Assembly: GCA_965208675.1 (NCBI GenBank) | Contig: OZ242351.1 | Location: 1,856,001-1,920,000, forward strand | Direction of reading: 5' to 3' | Origin: Candidatus Poribacteria bacterium | GTDB lineage: Bacteria > Poribacteria > WGA-4E > PCPOR2b | Length of the DNA: 64,000 bases | In this document: in pieces, positions 57,344 to 64,000 of the stretch | Position numbering within the stretch: the first letter of the stretch is position 1 | How the letters are laid out: each line of letters opens with the position of its first letter | The notes under the pieces: generated by a model | Databases searched by the model: none | What the model was told of the DNA's origin: nothing | What the model saw: the letters and a program-made list of their open reading frames with translations, nothing else | Made by a program: the position numbers and the translations under genes

Positions 57344-58519
57344 CTATTGGTAGCCGGTCAGTTCGGTATACCCCCAACCGCTTACCGGTGCGCCGTTAAA
57401 CTCTCCCTCGACTCGCACTGCGCCTTCCCAGTAGGTGAACTCAGTGTGGAACTCTTGATTGGATATAAGCGGTTCAACGCTAACTTGGCAATTCAATTTG
57501 GGAAGTGCAACTTGCCAGCCAGAAGGATACCGTATGCCGGTTTCAGGGCTCTTCCAGTCGCGTGTAACGGTCAGTGTAAAATCCCCGGGACGAATGGCAA
57601 CCTGCACGCCATCGGGGTAAGCTAATGTGCCTTCAAACGTTTGTGAATCGCGCGTCTGATCCGCTCTACGAAAGCAATACAGCATCAGGGCGGCGCCGTT
57701 GTCCAACTGTATGCTAAACCAATCCCAACCCACCACGCCATCGGCGAGCGTGGTCGTTCCAAACTCATGATCCATCCAACTGACACCGCTGACCGCCTCT
57801 TTTTTACCGTCAACGGTGACAAAACCTGTCGTGCGCAAACCCACAAGGCTGTAATAGTAGTTTGCGTTGCCCGGTTCGGGTCCCTTTTGGCTTAAACCGC
57901 GATCGCCGTGCAGCACCGCGGGGCGAGTCTCCCGCAGCGTTAGATGAATCCCCGCTCCGGGATCGGTCTGATCATCGACCGCTGATAAGCGAACCACGCC
58001 CGAATCTGTTTCCCGCGCTGACCAGTCCTCAAGCCAAACGGAATATCTCGGTTCACCGGTCGCACCCGCGAGTCCGGCTGCACCCCGGCTAAAGCGTTCA
58101 AAACTGTAAAACTCGCCGCGTGACGCATCGGTCAACGCAAAGTGCGCCATATAGATTTGATTGGCGGAAAAGTTCGATGACCGTTCCTGTACCTGCGGCG
58201 TTAACGCACTGCGGAAAAACGTCAGTTGGTAGCCAAAATCTTTACCGCCGTCGGATTTTAAATTTCCGGTATAATACCACCATTCTATTTTATAGGGAGG
58301 ATGCGGCCCATGGTCGCGTGGAAATTCAAATTCCATCGGCTCAAACGCGCGCGCAAATCCCGCATCGGCGTCGCCGCGCATCACGCTGAGGAAATTGGAG
58401 GCGTCTTCCGTTCCGGTTCCGAACGCTGAACAGAGACTCAATAAAACCGGCGCCAAAAAAATGCAGAATATCAAACGCAAAAGCTGAATTCTGGATTTCG
58501 TTAATTGGATAGCTGGCAT
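57344..58519 (-). CDS. AttH/CrtC-like secreted hydrolase (lipocalin-like)
   Basis: FPRDHGPHP---EWWYYTG, YYYS, WMDHEF, GWDWFS, YWEG, GY-ELTGY. Confidence 0.92.
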   Translation of the reverse strand: MPAIQLTKSRIQLLRLIFCIFLAPVLLSLCSAFGTGTEDASNFLSVMRGDADAGFARAFEPMEFEFPRDHGPHPPYKIEWWYYTGNLKSDGGKDFGYQLTFFRSALTPQVQERSSNFSANQIYMAHFALTDASRGEFYSFERFSRGAAGLAGATGEPRYSVWLEDWSARETDSGVVRLSAVDDQTDPGAGIHLTLRETRPAVLHGDRGLSQKGPEPGNANYYYSLVGLRTTGFVTVDGKKEAVSGVSWMDHEFGTTTLADGVVGWDWFSIQLDNGAALMLYCFRRADQTRDSQTFEGTLAYPDGVQVAIRPGDFTLTVTRDWKSPETGIRYPSGWQVALPKLNCQVSVEPLISNQEFHTEFTYWEGAVRVEGEFNGAPVSGWGYTELTGYQ

Positions 58520-58778
58520 CTCAATCTCACGAAAGCTCCCGTGTTGTGCGTAAACCGTTAACTAATTCCGCCGCACCAACCGGAAGTGCATAAATGCTAA
58601 TTATATCAAAATGCGGCTATATGTTCAACCTCCAAACCGTGCGGAACTACCCGACGTGACCCGCAACGGATTGGACGCCTAGGATGAACCTTTTCGAGCC
58701 GCGCGCACCACGATTATTCAATTTTCTCCCCGCGCTGCTCTGCTTGAACGCGCCGCACGGTTCCCATTCGCTTTTTTC

Positions 58779-58806
58779 TTGACACGGCACGGAATTCTGG
58801 TACAAT
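58779..58806 (+). promoter_or_regulatory. Sigma70-type promoter upstream of the HEAT-repeat gene
   Basis: TTGACA, 16 nt spacer, TACAAT with an extended -10 TGn. Confidence 0.55.
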
Positions 58807-58947
58807 ATTTCCGCCTTAATTTTTATGCTACGCCCATGGTACGCGGGGCATCGTGCCGCGCATTTGTTACGAATCATCGAATTACAACAAATAACCGTTC
58901 AATTGCGTAAATCCTATTCGTACGTAATTTAGCTAAGGAATCTAAAC

Positions 58948-60144
58948 ATGAGAAAGTTAATTGCAATATCAATACTCTTCATCTGGATTGTTGGCATCGG
59001 ATGCGAACAAAAACAGCGGGTCGACAATCTCAAAGTTGGGCGCGGAAAGTTGCTTAATGCAGGACTCGCGCTCGAAGCAGTCGAACCGCTTAAAATCGCG
59101 GTTACAGAAGAATACGACAAAACCGAACCCCGAACCCTCTTAATCCTCGCTTACTACCATGGGCTGTCCTCCGGCAGCGCTAAAACTCACGGTCTGGAAG
59201 AAGAGTTCAATCTCGAACGGGAGAAAAGGCTTGAAGCGCTCGGCGATGCGGAGATGAAATTCCTCCTCGACCTCTTGGTGAAACGCTCCCGCGTCCAGAA
59301 AGATGCAATGAAAGTCCTAACCGACAAAGGCGTCATTGCGACTCCCCTGCTAATTGATGCACTAGGCAAGGTCGAATATCAAAATATCCAACACAATGTC
59401 AGAGATATGCTGGCAACCATCGGTTCCGATGCGCTCAATCTGATTATATCCGAGATTAGTAATCCCGATACAGCGCCAGCAGTGAAGGTTTCGCTTGTCC
59501 GGTTGATTGGACGGATAGGCGATGCCGGCGTCGTTTCTGATGTGGAGGCGCTCGGCGATAGCACGACCGATGCCGGCTTGAAGATGGAAATCTACGCAGC
59601 GCTCTATAAACTAGGGAAGAGCAACTATAAGTCACAGATTCTGAAAGGCTTACGAGCTAGTGATGTGAACGTGCGCCGCGCCGCTGCGAAAGCAATTATT
59701 GATTTTGAGGAATATTCTGCGTCGGATGTCATCCAAGCGCTTGGAGATTCAGACGACCGGGTTCGAGAATATGTTGCGGCAGTCCTTCAGAAGCACCCGG
59801 ATAAGGCTGCGGTCCAGCCGCTTGTAGGAGTATTGAAGAGTGCTGCGGACCACGCCGCGAAACAGGCGGCGTTCGATGCGCTGAAGGTACACGTGGCGAA
59901 CGGGTTGGCGAGGCGGTTGGCGGCTGATTTAATCCGAAAGGAGTTATTAGGCGGGGACATCAGCAATCCTGAGGATAGGCTTCGCATTGTTCAACTGCTT
60001 CGGGAAAAGGAGTTAATACGCCAAATTGAGGCTGCGCCCGTGGAGTTGCAATTGAAATATGACCTCGAACAATACCGCCAAAACACGGAACAGCATGGAC
60101 TAGTGAAGAGCGAGTTGGGACGGCTGCTAGAGGTATTGAAGTAA
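58948..60144 (+). CDS. HEAT-repeat lipoprotein
   Basis: Lipobox GIGC; HEAT motifs L-ASD-NVRRAAA-A, ALGDSD-RVR--A. Confidence 0.82.
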   Translation: MRKLIAISILFIWIVGIGCEQKQRVDNLKVGRGKLLNAGLALEAVEPLKIAVTEEYDKTEPRTLLILAYYHGLSSGSAKTHGLEEEFNLEREKRLEALGDAEMKFLLDLLVKRSRVQKDAMKVLTDKGVIATPLLIDALGKVEYQNIQHNVRDMLATIGSDALNLIISEISNPDTAPAVKVSLVRLIGRIGDAGVVSDVEALGDSTTDAGLKMEIYAALYKLGKSNYKSQILKGLRASDVNVRRAAAKAIIDFEEYSASDVIQALGDSDDRVREYVAAVLQKHPDKAAVQPLVGVLKSAADHAAKQAAFDALKVHVANGLARRLAADLIRKELLGGDISNPEDRLRIVQLLREKELIRQIEAAPVELQLKYDLEQYRQNTEQHGLVKSELGRLLEVLK

Positions 60145-60195
60145 TCGCCGCACGGTATTAAGTCAAACGGGAATACGTTCAATAAGAAGAGATTC

Positions 60196-61221
60196 ATGGT
60201 TGGCACAGATCGAAGCCCCCTTATGCAGGCTGAAATCCGCACTCACACACCCTATCGGGTCAGCGTTAATCAATACAGCGAATTTCGGGGACGTGGGTTC
60301 CTGACCGTGCGCGGCTTAATCTCGCACGACGATGTCCAAGAACTGAACAATCACATGGACGACGTGTTGGCTGGGCGTGAGTCGTTCCCCGAAGTCCCGC
60401 CGGCGCCCGAGCACCTGCCGCCCAACGAAATTGCCAGTTACTGGGAGCGTGTCCATATGCTGCACCGGGTTTCGCCGCTGCACGAGCGGTATCTCCTCCA
60501 CCCCCGTATCCTCGACGTGCTTGAGGCGATTATCGGTCCGGATGTGCTCGCGCTCCAGACAATGTTGTTCTTCAAACAGCCGGGTCAACCCGGTCAGGGT
60601 TATCACCAGGATTCTTATTACATCCCGACGCTGCCGGACACATTGTGCGGCGCATGGCTCGCCCTTGAGCCGGCGACCGTGGAAAACGGCTGCATGTGGA
60701 TGGTCGCCGGGTCACAATGCGAGCCCATCTACCCGGACTTAGACGGCGTCACCGAGAACGGCGACTGGGGTCTGCGCGATATCCAACCGATTGCCGCCGC
60801 TAGCCATCCTGACGAATCGATCAACGGCTTAGCGCGGGTGGCGCACAAGTATGCCGGGAAAGAGGTGCAAGTCGAAGCACAACCCGGAGATGTGGTCTTC
60901 TTCAACGGTCACATTCTGCACCGTTCGCATGCCAACCGATCGAAGACGCAGTCCCGCCACACGTTCGTCGGCCACTACTGCAACGCCCGTTCGTTAGTGC
61001 CCTGGAACTACAAGAAGAACTCCTACGAAGGCGATTCGGCGAACTATCTGCATATCCTCGCGCGCGGATCGACTCACCTGCCCTACGCGCAACCGAACTT
61101 TGATACGCCCTGCGCCGCGAACCGCCCCGACCTTTACGGCAAACGCCCCAGCCGCGTTCAACCTGTTTCGATGACGCCGACCGACAAGGGAATTAGCGTG
61201 CTAGCGCCTGATTTGCAATGA
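60196..61221 (+). CDS. PhyH family Fe(II)/2-oxoglutarate dioxygenase
   Basis: GFL, HQD, W-ALE-AT-ENGC, PGDVVFF-GH-LHRS--N---R. Confidence 0.92.
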   Translation: MVGTDRSPLMQAEIRTHTPYRVSVNQYSEFRGRGFLTVRGLISHDDVQELNNHMDDVLAGRESFPEVPPAPEHLPPNEIASYWERVHMLHRVSPLHERYLLHPRILDVLEAIIGPDVLALQTMLFFKQPGQPGQGYHQDSYYIPTLPDTLCGAWLALEPATVENGCMWMVAGSQCEPIYPDLDGVTENGDWGLRDIQPIAAASHPDESINGLARVAHKYAGKEVQVEAQPGDVVFFNGHILHRSHANRSKTQSRHTFVGHYCNARSLVPWNYKKNSYEGDSANYLHILARGSTHLPYAQPNFDTPCAANRPDLYGKRPSRVQPVSMTPTDKGISVLAPDLQ

Positions 61222-61320
61222 GCTGCCGTCATCATCGCTTAACCCAACCTACAAAAGCTGTCGGGACCTGCCTCCTTTAAAATCAATCTCGAAATCGCGG
61301 CACATAAACTATGGCAAACC

Positions 61321-61575
61321 ACCCCCCTCAATCCCCCCTTATAAAGGGGGGAGGTTAGAATGTTTCCTCCCCTCATTCATGACGTAACCATGCTGTGAAG
61401 CACCTGTGGGAAGGGTTTCCTAGCCCTGATTACCGAGACAGGGATGTCCCTCCCACAGCGGGGATGTCTTGTTGATTCATTACAATTATCATTCCCCTCC
61501 TTACCAAGGAGGGGTTAGGGGAGGTTGAATCGACGATTTGACAGACCCCCTCTAACTCCCCCTTGGCAAGGGGGA
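61321..61575. repeat. Cluster of CCCCTT/AAGGGG palindromic repeats and one GTGGGA-bounded REP-like unit
   Basis: Copies at 61321-61352, 61493-61525 (inverted) and 61544-61575; CTGTGGGAAGGG...CCCTCCCACAG at 61404-61458. Confidence 0.65.
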
Positions 61576-61654
61576 GAATTTTTCTGTTTTATTCTCCTTC
61601 TTACTGAAGAGGATCAACTGACCGATTAGGGAAGGCGATAGTTTTTATAGTTCT

Positions 61655-62001
61655 TATAGGTTGGGTAGAGCGAATAATCCCAAAACGGTTCCGGTAGGAT
61701 TTAACCTTTCCGAATTTCCAAGGATGCTACTGTCAATACACGCGGAGCGAAACCCAACGCATTTGTAACCTCTCGCAACCCTAACAGGGTCCGGCTTCAA
61801 TACACCGCTTCGAATTTCAAAAATTCCCTTTGCATTTCCCTGTTCCTATTGTTCTGGCGATGACGTCTACCGTTAGGCTTTCCGAACATTTCAAAATCGT
61901 TGGGTTTCGCTCCACGATTACATTTACCAAACAATCTCAACAAATGTACTGCTTACGAAATACTGTGCATGTATCGCCAAATTCGCTCTACCCAACCTAC
62001 A
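61655..62001. mobile_element. 347-bp REPIN/MITE-like element related to 54154-54417
   Basis: Terminal inverted repeats TATAGGTTGGGTAGAGCGAAT / ATTCGCTCTACCCAACCTACA (one mismatch); inner pair GGAGCGAAACCCAACG / CGTTGGGTTTCGCTCC. Confidence 0.75.
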
Positions 62002-62128
62002 AAAACCATGCGTGAACATGCCCAATTATCGAATGTCTTTAATTCACGCCGTCATCGTTAATTGACATACCACCATAATATGTGTGAACATGAATGTAGA
62101 TGACTATTACTGCCGCCGGAACGATTTT

Positions 62129-64000
62129 ATGAACCTGCCGAATCAATCACACACAAATTTAACAAAAGGGCTCACTCTCCGAGCACTCGGCATCGGCATT
62201 GTTCTGATGGTTTTAAACGCATACTGGTTGAATGATGCCGCTTGGGGCGGTCGGACGTTGCACACCTACATCTCCTTGTTCGTCAATACGGTATTCTGCC
62301 TATTTGTGCTTGTACTGTTGAATCTTGTACTGAAGCGAACCTTCCCCCGCCATGCACTCCACAACACCGAACTCTTCGTTGTCTACGTCATGCTGGTCAC
62401 GGTTTCCACGCTCGGCGGTAACACAAATATGGGCTATCTGATATATCATTTGGCGCATCCGTTCTGGTTCGCCACGGCAGAAAATGACTGGCTACAGCTT
62501 TTCGGCGGACATATCCCCGACTGGTTCGCTGTCCGGGACAGAAACGTCCTACGCGGATTTTACGAGGGGGAGTCCTCTTTTCTTGCCGCCCAAAACCTCT
62601 CCGGCTGGCTGGTTCCAGCGTTCGCTTGGTCCGCCTTCATATTTGTCCTTTACTTTGTCCTAATCTGCATGAATGTGATCCTCAGAAGACAGTTCACAAC
62701 CCATGAACGGCTGACCTATCCCATCGCTCAACTGCCGCTGGAGATGGGACGCACGCCGGCACGCTTTTTTCGAAACCGACTGATGTGGATAGGGTTCGGA
62801 ATCGCAGGGGGGATTGAACTCATCAACGGATTTCATTTCCTATACCCCGCCCTCCCGTCTATCCCTGTGGGGCAACGCGTGTTCTCAGGCATATTTCAGG
62901 AAAAACCGTGGGACGCTGTCGGCAGCGTGCTTTTTTCGGTTTGGCCCTCAGTGGTCGGCTTGGCGTTTTTCCTGCCCCTAGATTTAGCGTTCTCCGCGCT
63001 GTTCTTTTACTTTTTCGGGAAAATACAACTCGTCGCGTGCAGTGCGTTCGGATGGCATACGACCCCTTACCTTGATGAACAATCGCAGGGGGGCTGGATC
63101 GGATTGGGGCTGCTCGCCTTATGGATTAGCCGCCGGCACCTGAAAACCGTCTTCGCCGCGGCGGCGGGTAGGCGCCCCAAATCGCCGGGTATGCCTGACC
63201 TAGAGGAAACCGCGCAGAGCCGGATAGACGATTTCTCGGAGCCGATGCCGTACCGGTACGCCGTCTGCGGAATGATAGGCGGGTTGCTCCTAATCATGCT
63301 GTTCGGCTACAAAGCCGGGGCTTCGCTTTGGGCGATTGCGGCCTTCTTTGGCATCTATATTATTATGGCGATTAGTCTGACAAAGGTTCGGGCGGGACTT
63401 GGACCGCCCCTGCACGAGATGTACGGAAAGGATCCCGGTGCAATAATGGTCTCCGCCTTTGGTGCGCGGCGCATCGGCGCGGCGAATTTAACTGTTTTGT
63501 CCTTCTTCTTTTGGTTGAACCGCGTCAACACTGCCCATCCGATGCCAAATCAATTGGAGGCATTTCACATCGGCCGCCAAACCGGGATAAATGGGCGACA
63601 CCTGCTCATTGCGATGTTAATTGCGCTAGGCGTCGGCATACCGCTGACATTTATCACCTATCTTCAACTCTCATACAATCTCGGCGGCCTCGGCGCATTT
63701 CACACGCATTTTCCCATGGCTTGGGGGTTCATTAGCTTAGAAAAGCGGCTGGTCCATCCCACGGGCACCGACTATGCCGCGGTGACTGCCATGGGAATAG
63801 GCTTCGGTTTCACCATGTTCCTCACCGCCATGAAAATGCGGTTTCTCTGGTGGCAGCTCCATCCAATCGGTTATGTGCTCGGCACAGGGCGATGGGGCGG
63901 GGATATGAATTTCTTCTGGTTCCCTGTTCTTGTCGGCTGGGCAATTAAATCTATCGTTCTGCGTTACGGCGGGCTGCGCACTTATCGAAGCGCAATTCCG
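62129..64000 (+). CDS. Polytopic membrane protein of the DUF6785/DUF6784 (OPT-like putative transporter) type; runs off the right edge
   Basis: Not in the ORF track. From ATG 62129: MNLPNQSH...GLTLRALGIG...; motifs ERLTYPIAQLP, PMP-QLE and WWQLHPIGY; many hydrophobic helices. Confidence 0.8.
   Translation, partial: MNLPNQSHTNLTKGLTLRALGIGIVLMVLNAYWLNDAAWGGRTLHTYISLFVNTVFCLFVLVLLNLVLKRTFPRHALHNTELFVVYVMLVTVSTLGGNTNMGYLIYHLAHPFWFATAENDWLQLFGGHIPDWFAVRDRNVLRGFYEGESSFLAAQNLSGWLVPAFAWSAFIFVLYFVLICMNVILRRQFTTHERLTYPIAQLPLEMGRTPARFFRNRLMWIGFGIAGGIELINGFHFLYPALPSIPVGQRVFSGIFQEKPWDAVGSVLFSVWPSVVGLAFFLPLDLAFSALFFYFFGKIQLVACSAFGWHTTPYLDEQSQGGWIGLGLLALWISRRHLKTVFAAAAGRRPKSPGMPDLEETAQSRIDDFSEPMPYRYAVCGMIGGLLLIMLFGYKAGASLWAIAAFFGIYIIMAISLTKVRAGLGPPLHEMYGKDPGAIMVSAFGARRIGAANLTVLSFFFWLNRVNTAHPMPNQLEAFHIGRQTGINGRHLLIAMLIALGVGIPLTFITYLQLSYNLGGLGAFHTHFPMAWGFISLEKRLVHPTGTDYAAVTAMGIGFGFTMFLTAMKMRFLWWQLHPIGYVLGTGRWGGDMNFFWFPVLVGWAIKSIVLRYGGLRTYRSAIP

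Noticed and set aside
57344-58519. Carotenoid biosynthesis (CrtC hydratase)
   Set aside because: No crt genes nearby; the signal peptide and motifs fit the broader AttH-like secreted family.
62062-62082. TTGACA...TAATAT promoter upstream of the last gene
   Set aside because: The spacing between the hexamers is far too short for sigma70.
754-63735. Numerous 60-225 aa ORFs overlapping the called genes on the opposite strand or in other frames
   Set aside because: No recognisable motifs or RBS, and they are shadowed by well-supported genes.

Overview
Bacterial chromosomal window with no rRNA, tRNA, CRISPR array, intact IS element or prophage visible. The gene content points to Candidatus Poribacteria or a relative (inference): four phytanoyl-CoA-dioxygenase-family paralogues, LRR/ankyrin/FG-GAP/HEAT/TPR proteins, 'NYPNPFNPETWIPY' C-terminal domains and a DUF6785-like membrane protein. 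Main blocks: (1) a partial ATP sulfurylase that looks plant/animal-type, plus sugar and oxidoreductase genes (0-20 kb); (2) a co-oriented rex-hemB-hemL-prenyl synthase-sirC-ccsA/hemX-hemA-hemC-cobA/hemD-ccmE-ccmF-ccmH-ccmI-like cluster (20-35 kb) with a CxxxY-type CcmE, a 5-Cys CcmH and an internally duplicated SirC; (3) a secreted-protein block (37-48 kb): a small c-type cytochrome, a diheme/LRR/cohesin/dockerin protein split by one in-frame TAG, a 14-repeat FG-GAP protein and a PorV-like barrel fused to OmpA and SPOR domains, which is the best candidate for an undescribed T9SS-like surface-display module; (4) housekeeping and envelope genes separated by several families of GTAG-type REP/REPIN-like elements (48-64 kb). 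Family calls come from motif recognition only; no database searches were run.
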